Shown: piece after piece, positions 27,245 through 64,000 of the stretch
Layout: each line of letters begins with the position of its first letter
Numbering within the stretch: the stretch's first letter is position 1
Source: Octopus vulgaris
Lineage: Eukaryota
Direction: 5' to 3'
Length of the DNA: 64,000 nt
Assembly: GCA_951406725.2 (NCBI GenBank)
Contig: OX597832.1
Location: forward strand, 40,548,001 to 40,612,000
Made by a program: the position numbers and the translations under genes
The notes under the pieces: model-generated
Database searches by the model: none
What the model was told of the DNA's origin: nothing
The model's input: the letters and a program-made list of their open reading frames with translations, nothing else

Positions 27245-29370
27245 CAATATTTATTAAACTAGTAAAAAGTGACTAGCGATTTATTAATTATAGAGAACAG
27301 TGAATCTGGTCAAAACCATTCATGAGTAATCAGAGACCTCACACATTTTGTTTAATCCTTTAGCTCTAAACCGGCCACATTAGGCCCAAATATTCTGCTT
27401 TATGTTCTAACTGGCCAGATCTGGTCTGTCACACCTACCCTATAATGTCATTCTAAAAATAAGCAATCACTTCATCAAAATCTCAAAGCTAAGACATCAC
27501 TGATAGAGCATGTAGGCATTTGTGCCTTCAAAAATTTTAATTTAGACCTTGTTTTACTAGTCTACTAGAGAGTTGAATTGTAATTATAAAAATTTAATCA
27601 AAGCCAATGGTACTACATTTACAAACTTGTATCAATGTTATTTACAAAACATTGAAAAATGTACATGTACTTCTTATACTGGAAATTCTTTTATTTTCAC
27701 TAACAGTACCTGTGGAAATTCCTCTTATTTTGAAAACTGTAAGATGGAAGTTTATAGAAAATCCTGGATGGAATGTTGAAATGACTGACCAAAATGCTTA
27801 AGTATCTTCTTCAGATGTTCTTTGTTTGTTTGTTCCTTCTCAAGCCATGCCTGGCTCATAAGGACGGTTTCCTTGGCATATGGGTTACCCATCTGGATGG
27901 GACGCCGGGCTGTCGCATGTGAGCTGCAAGATGCAGGAGGAAAGAGTGAGAGAAAGTTGTGGCGAAAGAGTCAGCAGAGGTTTGCCATTACCTTCTGCCG
28001 GAACCGCGTGGAGCTGAGGTGTTTCACACACATCGCCCAGTCTGAGATGTGAACCCGCAATCCCTCGACCGTGAGTCCGCTGCTATAACCACTAGGCCAT
28101 GTGCCTCCACTAGATGTAGTTTACCTTCCAGTTCTCAGTTTATGTGGCATTGTCCCTGTTTCCATGAATTGCTGATGCCAGTTTCGAATCGACTGACATG
28201 CCAGAGCTTGTTTTCCATTATCCGACTGTGTGATTACTTCATGTTTGAATATCTGACTTTGTTTCAGCAAACCAAGACACACATTGTGCCTTTTCATGCG
28301 GAGTAGTCATTGTCAGAAACAGAAAAACAACATTAACTGTGGCCTGAAACAAAAGCATCTCATTAATAAAACTATTATCATCATCAAAAGAACTTTGATA
28401 ACAATATTAATATGCAACAAAGACTTAGTTGCCACCTCTTCTAAGTATTTCATAATCATCATCATCATCATCGTTTAGCGTCCGCTTTCCATGCTAGCAT
28501 GGGTTGGACGGTGCAACTGGGGTCTGGGAAGCCAGAAGGCTACACCAGGCCCAGTCTGATCTGGCAATGTTTCTATGGTTGGATGCCCTTCATAACGCCA
28601 ACCACTCCATGAGTGTAGTGGGTGCTTTTTACGTGCCAGACGAGGCTGGCAAACGGCCACGATCGAGTGGTGCTCTTTACGTGCCACCGGCACGTTGCAT
28701 AAAGACATTTTCAACCTCCAGCATATCTATATATATATATATATATACACACACACATATATGAGGCAAAGTGGCTGAGTTCCTTTCAGGTGTTGGGCAT
28801 CAGAGAGGCAATGACCAAGACCCTTGGCATTATGCTGTGCTTGAGAAGACCCATCAAGCTAAGCAAAATCGCAGTCATGGTAGATACCAGTTTCGTACAA
28901 ATGGCACATAAAAGCACCCATTGCACTCTCAGAGTGGTTGGCACTAGGAAGGGCATCTAACTATAGAAACCATGCCAAATCAGACTGGAGTTTGGTGCAG
29001 TTTGACAACAGATGTTGATGATGATTCTTATGTAGTTGGCTTTTGGTGAAGGACGGAGTTTGACATTACTACCCTCTTTTGAGTTTCCTGCTGTGCTGTA
29101 AGTTCATCTGGGACTTTGGACAGCAGGAGGCCAAGCTATTTCTTGAAAACGTCTGACTATGCTGAGTCTCTGTAGCTTGTGACATATCATCCCATGATCA
29201 ACCTTATCAAAGGCTTTTGCAAAATCCAGATATGTCAGATCTCTGTCTGAGCGATTCATTAGTTATTTTAACACCCAGTCATAATGTTGCAGAAAATGTA
29301 TAAGACAACTTCTTCTTGAGTGGAAGCCATGCTCAGTGTGAAAGAGCAAGACATCTTCCAAGAATGCAAT

Positions 29371-29588
29371 AAGGTGGCGAGCTGGCAGAAGTGTTAGCAC
29401 GCCGGGCGAAATGCTAAGCGGTATTTTGTCCGTCGTTCCGTTCTGAGTTCAAATTCCGCCGTGGTCGACTTTGCCTTTCATCCTTTCGGGGTTGATTAAA
29501 TAAGTACTAGTTACGTACTGGGGTCAATATAATCGACTTAATCCGTTTGTGTCTCCTTGTTCGCCCCTTGTGGGTAGTAAAGAAATAA
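29371..29588 (+). mobile_element. Second tRNA-head SINE family (other copies 39073-39290 and 46864-47072)
   Basis: aaggtggcgagctggcagaa...gagttcaaattcc...aagtaccagtt repeated in the window. Confidence 0.75.
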
Positions 29589-30816
29589 GAATGCAATAAG
29601 TTTCCTCCCAACGATGTGCTCCTATACTTTGCTGAAATGGGAGGTTAGAGAAACAAGCTTATAATTTGTAACATCTCTGCTACCTCCTTGATGGATAGGA
29701 CATATATATATATATATATATCATCATCATCTGCCAACCAGTTTGATGATTAGTCTGCAATAAACATCCTTGTCTACAGTCCATCTCTCATGAGTCCATG
29801 GGCAATGCCCTAAACATACATATAGACGTGTGTGTGTGTATGTATATATATACAAATTAATATCATAATCATTTTGATTTTCCATGCTGTGAGAGTTGGA
29901 TAAGTATTCGTTACATCATCACACCACTTCTGGAAGTCCTACAGATCTCACAATGATGAGCTTTTAACAATTAGTGTTAAACACTCCTTTCATCCTTCCT
30001 GTCTTCTGCTGAAAGTTTCTTTCACTTCAATTTCCAGTATATTCAATATATATACATCTGATATATTTACAATTGTGTGTATGTATGTATATATATGTAT
30101 GTATGTATATATATATATATATGTGTGTGTATGTATATATATATATGTTATTGTGTCTTGGGAGGGTCATTCTCTTTCAGAGTCTTATTACTGAACACAC
30201 TCACCAGTTTGATTTCCACTCATTTACTTATTTATTTTTTCTAAAATTTTCGTTGCATCTTGCAACATCTTCAATAGTTGTTGACTCTGATATATATATA
30301 TCATCATCATCATCATTTAACGTCCGTTTTCCATGCTAGCACGGGCTGGACGGTTCGACCGGGGTCTGGGAAGCCAGGAGGCTGCACCAGGCTCCAGTCT
30401 GATCTGGCAGTGTTTCTACAGCTGGATGCCCTTCCTAACGCCAACCACTCCGTGAGTGTAGTAGGTGCTATTTACGTGCCAGGGGAGGATGGCAGTGGCC
30501 ACGTTTGGATGGTGCTTTTTACGTACCACCAGTACCCAGAACCACGCTAATAGCTTAGGAGTGAAATTTAGGATTTCTCAGTTTTCTGTGAATTGATTTT
30601 GATAAAACATTTCTCAGTTGGTTTGTGTTGGCAACACCATTGTTACTGTTATGTTTCCATTATTCTGTGTAACGTCCTTTCTCTTTTTATTTCAGATTCT
30701 TCAGTTTTGGGGTGAACCATGCTAATAGCTTTTGAATGAAAATAGCCCATCTCTACAGTTTTTGCTTTTTCAGAAAATTAAGGGTAATGATACATATTAA
30801 GTATAAATTGAGTCTA

Positions 30817-31400
30817 TATTTAACAGAAAACCATTATAATATTAAAATATTTATTGACATGTTGAATTATTTAGCCACATGAGTGCCATTTCTATGGATA
30901 ACTTCAAAAACCCTATTAGTCATGGAATCTGTCTATTTCTTAATAGTAGCAGGTTGGACTGCCTCTGCTGCAGCTTTGATGGTCATCCATACGACATCCT
31001 TCGATGTCAATTGGCATCCATCAGCATGAAAACATCTTGTTTAATGATGGACCAAAGATTTTCAATAGGGTTGAAATCTGGAGATGCTAGTGACCACACC
31101 ATCAACCTTTCATATTGTATGCCAGAAGACCCTAGGAATATTTGGATGGTCATAGCAGAGTGGGAGTGAGCATTGTCATGCATGAATACGAGATTCCTTA
31201 GAAGTGACAGCAGTATGTCATCTAGCCAGAGATCCGAGGCCTCCTTTCAGGAGATTGTTGTAGCTGGCTGTGGTCACTTTAACCTCTTTAGGCACCCTGA
31301 CTGGGCCACATAAGTCTGTCCCTAATGACTCCTCCATCCTGTTATTGATGTCGTAAATGTTGGTGGTGCTCATCTCCAAAATAGACCCAACCATCAGGTT
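30817..31400 (-). mobile_element. Tc1-type transposase remnant
   Basis: Minus strand reads VFMHDNA...VWSLASPDFNPIENLWSIIK, the Tc1 DD34E signature region. Confidence 0.8.
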
Positions 31401-32439
31401 ACAGCCAAACCAAAAATGTATATATGTATACATATAAATAGGTCCAACTTACACAGAATATAAATGATATATAGAATGAAAGGAGTCGAGGAACTGTATT
31501 ACAAATCCAACAGCTTTCTCTGATGGCTTGGCGGTCCATAATGTTTGTAGATTGAATCCATCATAGGACAAGATGAGCCTCTTGTCTTCACGGAAAGAAG
31601 TTCAAAAATGATATACACATTTTTCGTATTTAATATGCTTTATATATTGATCCAACTTGCTTATCCCTGCATTTACTTCTATAGAAGACCCATATCTATG
31701 AAACCAAAGTCCACACTTTAATTTCAGAGGAATCACACCACACCTGTTTTAGATAGTATGTTTTCCTATCGTTTGTCACACATTCTAGTAATATATCTTT
31801 GTTGTAGTCACTGAGCAGAGATAAATAAAATAACAAAAAATTTTGTGTTATCTCTCTTAGATATCACCATAAATTTGTAGATACTAATTATCTATGTTTA
31901 TTTAATCAAGCCAATTCAAACTTGGGGAATTTGGTTCCTGAAAAATTGAAGGCATCTGTATCTCTTTTATTTATCAGGTATTTTGTTGCTATCTTCTGTT
32001 CCCGAGTAGCAAAGTCATAACTGATAAAGAGCTTTACTCGAAACGTTAGTGCTTTTGGTTTCCTATGATATACAAACTGAACTGAAGTTGTCGACATTAC
32101 TTGTGTGAAATAGTTTTCTTTTCGACTAGGTACAAAGATGATATATGTAAACTGCAGAAAATGTGATGTAACATTTATGATTTTCCCAAAGAAATTATTA
32201 ATATATAAGTGAAGTGAACCCAACCTAGGCCCGCATTCGGCACTGGAATGAGTGGTTGCAGATCACACGGTCTTTAGTCTTAAATCGCCAGTCCTGGTTG
32301 GTGTTTGTGAGAGATGCAGCATTGAGGATGAATGAAGCCAGCTCAACCCACCCCGGGTGGATGCTGTAAGAAGTGAAATTGCTCTAAGTGAGGAATGAAA
32401 TCAAGTCACTGTTAATTTGCCAGAAATTTACATCCCTCA

Positions 32440-33019
32440 CCTCAGTGTGTAATCACTTAGCATTATTGCTTGACCTCTTGTAAATACCAGCCAAATGTTC
32501 CTTAAATAAAAATTAAGAAATTTGACAACAAAGTCCATGATATGCAAAATTTGAAACTAAATCCACCCACTTGTTGCTTACAAAGACAGCAGGAAATTTC
32601 TGTGTCCTGTCAAGAGGTAACAGTGATTGGCGTGTTTCCCCTTGACCCGTGTCCTCGCTGAGCTGGATGTCAGAGAAAACATTGACTTCCATAAAGTGGA
32701 AAAAAAAATGGAAGGAAAAGTTGGTAAATATTTCGGTGTGAACGCAAATAGCTGTTACGTGATAGCAGGGCATGCTAGAAATGGCAGCCAAATCTGTCCT
32801 TTTCTGAAAAAAGGAGCCGTTTACATGTGATTTCAATGTCACATTCATTAAAAGCATGCAAAAAGAACTGCGAAACAAAACTCCCTTGGTGGGAAACTTC
32901 AAGGTCCTCACCATCCCTCCTACCTTTCTTTTCCAGGAAAAAGTGGCTTGTGGCAGGTTTGGGGGTTAGACATATCTAATGCACCCGAAAAAACTGGAAA
33001 AAATTATTCCACACTGAGG
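32440..33019. mobile_element. Putative non-autonomous DNA element
   Basis: Terminal inverted repeat CCTCAGTGTG(T/G)AAT at both ends; no coding capacity seen. Confidence 0.45.
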
Positions 33020-33239
33020 TACGAAATATTTACTGAAAGAATAAAATCTGGTACTAATCATATCTACATTTTAATTAATTCAAATTAATGTACCTTATCT
33101 TGAAATGAGGCAAAATATTTGCCAGTTGCCATTTGGGATAATTATAGTAATAAATCAAACTTTTCAGTCATTTTGACTGTAGCACCACCATTAGTTGAGC
33201 AAATTGACCCCAGGACTTATTCTTTGTAAGAGCAGTAAA

Positions 33240-33612
33240 ATTATCAACCATCTTACGGACAATAACTCTGAGCACCTTTTCAAACTCCACCCATGGACAT
33301 ATTTACAAAGTCAGAAAACAGCACAGCTCCCATGACTTCAGGAAACATTTTTTCACGCTGAGAGTTCCTGGAGCATGGAACAAACTGCCGGCATCGGTTG
33401 TTAGTTGTGGGAGCACTGCATCCTTCAAAACTTCCATGCTTCCTGAGATTCGCCAACACTACACCTGATTTTCTCCCCTCCATACACACACAAGCATGTA
33501 TCTGACTCATACACTGTTCGCTTTCCAGACATTTGTACATTACTGCATACACTTTATACGCACTTTCTGACAAGTTGTGGTGCACCTGAGCACTGTATAC
33601 AATAATTTCATT
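33240..33612 (+). mobile_element. CR1-clade LINE 3' end inserted in a tRNA-SINE (about 33160-33875, minus)
   Basis: Near-identical to 40500-40903; splits a SINE into two halves. Confidence 0.75.
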
Positions 33613-34725
33613 GTATATATTACTTATTCTATCAGTCTCTTTTGCTGAACTGCTAAGTTACAGGGACATAAACACACCAGCATCGGTTGTTAGGTGATGT
33701 TGGGACAAAGATAAACATATATATATACATGACTGGCTTCTTTCAGTTTCCGTCTAACAAATCCACTTACAAGGCTTTGGTTGGCCTGAAGCTATAGAAG
33801 ACACTTGCCCAAGGAGCCATGCAGTGAGACTGAACCTGGAACCATGTGGTTGGTTAGCAAGCTACTTACCACACAAATATTGTGGACACCCATCTTGAAC
33901 CTGAATAATTCAAAATAACGTGAACAAATAAGCATTACATTTGACAGATTAATATGAACACTAGATGCTTTTAGGTGTTTTTTTCTTGCGTTAGGAAGGG
34001 CATTCAGCCGTAGAAACATTGCCAGATCAGACTGGGCCTGGTGCAGCCTTCTGGCTTCCCAGACCCCAGTCGCACCGTCCAACCCAGGCCAGCATGGAAA
34101 GCGAACGCTAAACAATGATGATGACACACATACCACAGCCTTGTTCGGTTGGGACTACACGTGTGTAACTCTGACATCATCATTCCAGAAAATTTGTCTA
34201 TGGGGAGAAAAATATCGAAAAGTATGAATAGATGTGTGAGAAAGAAACGAGAAGGAAGGTTTTGGGATGTGTTAGAAACAACCAGATCTCCCTTAAATCA
34301 CACAATGGCCAAAATTGTTTCAGACTGGGAGAGTGAAAAAAAAAAACAAAAATTGCTAAAATTGTTTTTTGTTTTTGTGAAAAGATGCTTCCGATCATTC
34401 TGAAGAATTTGGTGAAAAACACTAGAAAAAATCCGTCAAAGTGGAGAAATTCCAACTCATGTGGGCCATCTGATCCAAAACTCCTCTCCCTACATCCTTC
34501 CAAAAACTTCGCTTTCTTTGTAATCATAATCTACACCGTTTGAAAGGTATTTGTATAAAATTTCATTAAATAATACCTATTTCCCAGAAAGTTATGAGGG
34601 AGAAAATGTTGTGTCCTGTGAATTTTCTGAAACTCTTCTCCCCAACACCTTGGAAATTTTTTTCCAACAAATCTTTACACATACTCAATCTACAGGATAT
34701 AAGCAATTATTTGGTGAAAGTTTCA

Positions 34726-34944
34726 TTAACCCTTTAGCATTTAAACCGGCCCAAATATTCTACCTGTTCTATGTTCAAACTGACCGGATCTGGCTTTGCA
34801 AACTTATCCTACAATGTCATTCTAAGAATAAGCAATCACATCCTCAAAATTTCAATACTATAATGTTTTTGCATGATTAATTCAAAACAATTTGATTACA
34901 TAAGCATGACATTTGACAGAATAATCTGAATACTAAAGGTTTAA
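34726..34944. mobile_element. TTAA MITE family B (other copies near 5738-5960, 13310-13480, 15468-15686, 27355-27490)
   Basis: ttaaccctttagcatttaaaccggcc...ctaaagg(g)ttaa. Confidence 0.8.
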
Positions 34945-35160
34945 AAAGTATCCATTTTTCTGGAAGTCAGTGGTGGCCTGAAACTGTAGTTATGTCTTTT
35001 TTCAATAAATGTTAATGCTAACAGATTAACGAAGTTAACTTTCCAATTAACAGTGCCCACCTCTGTGAACAGCCATGGAACTCTTCTACAAGAAACGCAC
35101 ATGTATTTAAATAATAAAAAAATCCTTCAGAGTCATATTTGCAACTTGTTCATTACGCTT

Positions 35161-35727
35161 TCTCTTTACTCTTTTACTTGTTTCAGTCTTTTGGCTGCAG
35201 CCATGCTGGAGCACCGCCTTTAATCGAGCAACTCGACCCCGGGACTTATTCTTTGTAAGCCCAGTACTCATTCTATCGGTCTCTTTTGCCAAACCGCTAA
35301 GTAATGGGAACACAAACACACCAGCATCGGTTGCCAAGCAATGCTAGGGGGACAAACACAGACACACAAATATACATATATACGACGGGCTTCTTTCAGT
35401 TTCCGTCTACCAAATCCACTCACAAGGCCTTGGTCGGCCCGAGGCTATAGTAGAAGACACTTGCCCAAGGTGCCAAGCAGTGCGACTGAACCCGGAACCA
35501 TGTGGTTGGTAAACAAGCTACTTACCACACAGCCACTCCTGCACCTATATATATATATATATATACGACGGGCTTCTTTCAGTTTCCGTCTTCCAAATCC
35601 ACTCACAAGGCTTTGGTCGGCCTGAGGCTACAGTAGAAGACACTTGCCCAAGGTGCCACGCAGTGGGACTGAACCCGGAACCATGTGGTTGGTAAACAAG
35701 CTACTTACCACACAGCCACTCCTGCGC
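35161..35727 (-). mobile_element. tRNA-derived SINE, full copy plus a tandem partial duplicate
   Basis: Head with A box TGGCTGTGTGG and B-box-like GGTTCAGTC; reverse complement of 45458-45845. Confidence 0.85.
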
Positions 35728-36292
35728 CATTGTTGGCAAAAATAATCACTTCTAAAGACATTAAAACATTTATAACTACAAGATGTGGACCCTACTTCTT
35801 CAACACGCACCAATAAAGGGAAGACAGAACTGACGACCAGTAGTTACCTTTTTAATAGTTTAAAAATAAAAATATTAATAAAAAAAAAAATCATAAAAGT
35901 GTTCATTGCCCAACATTGGTTCAAATGCTAGTTAAAGAGATTTTATTAAATTAGACTCACAGACATAATAGTTACAAGAAAATTTTGAAGTAAAAAAAAA
36001 AAAAAAACTTAAAATGTTGTTGGGGGGGTGAAAATGTGTTTTTAGTGACCTCAAGAGGTCGCATATAATTCTGCAGCTGAAGATTTCTGGCCAGCAATAC
36101 TGAATGACACTTTCAAATATAAAAATTTCTTTATTTATACAAATTACGATACAGTCTTTAAACACAAAAGGTTTATCACCGATTCATTTAATTTAAATTT
36201 GCAGAGAAAACTATCAGCTTTTAGAATCAGCAAAATTCAAAAGAAAATCTAAATAGCAATATTTTATTAAAAAGAACAAAATAGATTTCTCC

Positions 36293-36536
36293 ATATATGT
36301 GTGTATTACATATATTTATACATATATATATATATACATGTATATATGTGTGTATATATATATATATACACATATATATATATACACATATATATACACA
36401 TACATATATATACATATATATACATACATATATACATACATACATACATACATATATACATACATATATACATACATACATACATATATATATATATACA
36501 TATATACATGTATATATATATATATGTTATATACAT
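36293..36536. repeat. (TA)n/(TACA)n compound microsatellite
   Basis: Direct reading. Confidence 0.9.
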
Positions 36537-36992
36537 GTGAGAATTCAGTTTAGAGAACTTAGTTCTGAAAAATGTTTCAAGTATAACCTTATGAGGTATG
36601 AATGGAAATTTACCTTTTACATTAGAAATTTTAATCGAATATCTTGGAGATGCTAGCTTAATTGAATGTCGAAGTTTCCTGACACACTTTTCAATGTGTT
36701 TTAGTGTAAACATTAAACTGTATTAAACTATATTTAATCCATAACATAAGAAAAAAAAAAACCCAGAAGTTGATTAATACATGTTAGGGATGGGAGTGGG
36801 GAGAAAAATACACGTAGAACTTGAGCGTGCATGGGCAGTGTCAACAAATGAAAAGGCCCTTGTCTTTGTTGGAAAGGAAAAGCAGTTTGTACATATTTCA
36901 AATATAAAAAGAAAGAGAGAAAGGTGTATATTTGATGTCTTGAATGACAAGCAATGCATGTTGTCTTTCCGAACAGCAAGAGGGGGGCAACC

Positions 36993-62313
<25,321 letters not shown>

Positions 62314-62315
<2 letters not shown>

Positions 62316-62328
62316 AGTCGATATATTA
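62314..62328 (-). CDS. eIF4A: Candidate eIF4A-B ATG-donating exon (supplies AT of AT/G; possible 15-nt micro-exon)
   Basis: Minus strand reads ...TTTTTTTCCCCCATATATTAG/TAATATATCGACTAT/GTAAGT. AT plus the first G of exon 2 gives an in-frame ATG. Confidence 0.45.
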
Positions 62329-63488
62329 CTAATATATGGGGGAAAAAAATAGGATCAATTTAGGATTTACACTCAATAATAAACTCAGATATTATGCAAA
62401 ATGGTCCTAAATCTAATTTTAATTAACACAAAATAGCATTTAGCTTCGTCTGTCAGCCTAAAAATTTATGTAAATTCTTTACACGAACGATTATACATGA
62501 ATGCAAAGGAACATGTATGTTGAAGATGCAGTCTAGTTTACACTGTTTCTCTAGCAAAGGCGAAGAACAATTCGAGGAGAATTTAGGGTCGAGGTATACA
62601 GGAGTTTGACATTGATGCCTTTCCGAAATGGAATTAGTTCACAGAGACGTTAGTCGTTCTGTTATAACTGTTTAATCAAGAAAATATATTACTTCCCACT
62701 GAAAAGGTCAACAATGTCGGTCAGAATTTTAGGCGTTCCACACGACAAGTCATTAAGAATCTAGTTTATCCCTTCCCCCACCATTGAATCAGCCAATTTA
62801 CCACTACACAACCACCAAAACTGATCAGACAAAAGCCATTAGAGAATAAGTCAACGTATCCACCTTCTTTATTTTGTACTTAATGATTAAATATTCTGTT
62901 AGCACAGGTTAATTTAACTCATTGAGAGATTATTAAAAAAAAGCATTAATGACTTTCTCTCATAATTATAAGGGAGAGGAAACTTGAGACACCGACCCCC
63001 AACCCCAAATATGAGTAGGTGAAATAGACATAGCCAAACACCCCGCCCAAATAATTAAACTCTTTCTCTCCATACCAAGCCAGTGGGGTCGCACGACCCG
63101 ATACAAAATAGCAGCGAATTTTCCCTACATCCTCCAAGAAAATAAAAATAAAAGGATTGACTGGAACGCATGGGATAATAAGGTCTGCTCGATCAGGGCC
63201 CTTACCAAGGGGTTAAAATAAAAACAAACTAAACTACTTCCCAGAATAAATATGTAAAAAAAAAAAATTTCAAGCGAAGCAAAGTACTAGGAACCGAAAA
63301 GAAAACATAAATTTTAATTATTTTGTGAACTCCTTTGTGGAAAAAGTAAAGATTTTGTTGTATTTGGAGCAAATTATAACTGGTGTAGTTGCTTCTCTAC
63401 GCCTGGTAAGTCAGAGAAACATCTAGACTTTTCGTTCTAGCTTGTTAATAGAACGGGGAGGACTTTATACAAATAGCTACACGCACAT

Positions 63489-64000
63489 ATATAAATATGT
63501 TAGGATCGAGTGTTGAATCGTCTTTGTTTTATTATAACTAGGAGCCGCGCTTGGACAGCCGAAACAAGTGTCATCACGTTGGAACACTGTCTTGAGGAAT
63601 TTTAGTCGAGACGAAGAACCGACTCCAGTATTTTGTAAAAAACCCTGGTACTTATTCTATACCTCTCTTGCCGACCCGCTAAGTCACGAAGACGTAAACG
63701 CACAAACACCGGTTGTCAAGTGGTGGTGGGTTAAACAGATATAAAGACACACACACACATGACGGACTTCTTTCCGCTGACCAAATCTACTCTTAGATAT
63801 AAATATGTTAGGATCGAGTGTTGAATCGTCTTTGTTTTATTATAACTAGGAGCCGCGCTTGGACAGCCGAAGCAAGTGTCATCACGTTGGAACACTGTCT
63901 TGAGGAATTTTAGTCGAGACGAAGAACTGACTCCAGTATTTTGTAAAAAAACCCCTGCTACTTATTCTATTGCTCTCTTGCCGACCCGCTAAGTCACGAA
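63489..64000. repeat. 308-bp tandem duplication containing decayed SINE sequence, running off the window
   Basis: atataaatatgttaggatcgagtg... at 63489 and 63797, near identical. Confidence 0.9.

Overview
AT-rich, repeat-dense metazoan DNA. The SINE/MITE complement looks octopod, which is an inference from repeat style only. The window holds two tandem, minus-strand eIF4A (DDX2-type DEAD-box helicase) paralogs. Copy A has its CDS at 2532-22961 (about 403 aa). Copy B has its CDS at 36993-62315 (about 401 aa, first exon tentative). Both have 10 coding exons, with identical lengths and phases for exons 3-10, about 80% amino-acid identity by manual count over those exons, and unalignable introns. 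Both replace the rocaglate/pateamine pocket residues equivalent to human F163 (Q in A, S in B) and D198 (S), and copy B also carries E268G on the eIF4G-binding surface. Copy B may start with an ATG split across an 8.7-kb intron. Introns and intergenic DNA contain tRNA-derived and (GAT)n-tailed SINEs, TTAA piggyBac-type MITEs, a decayed piggyBac, mariner/Tc1 and hAT remnants, a non-autonomous Helitron, CR1 3' ends and several long foldbacks. One foldback is an inverted pair of Penelope-type minimal hammerhead ribozymes. Most ORFs in the supplied track are repeat or microsatellite artefacts.
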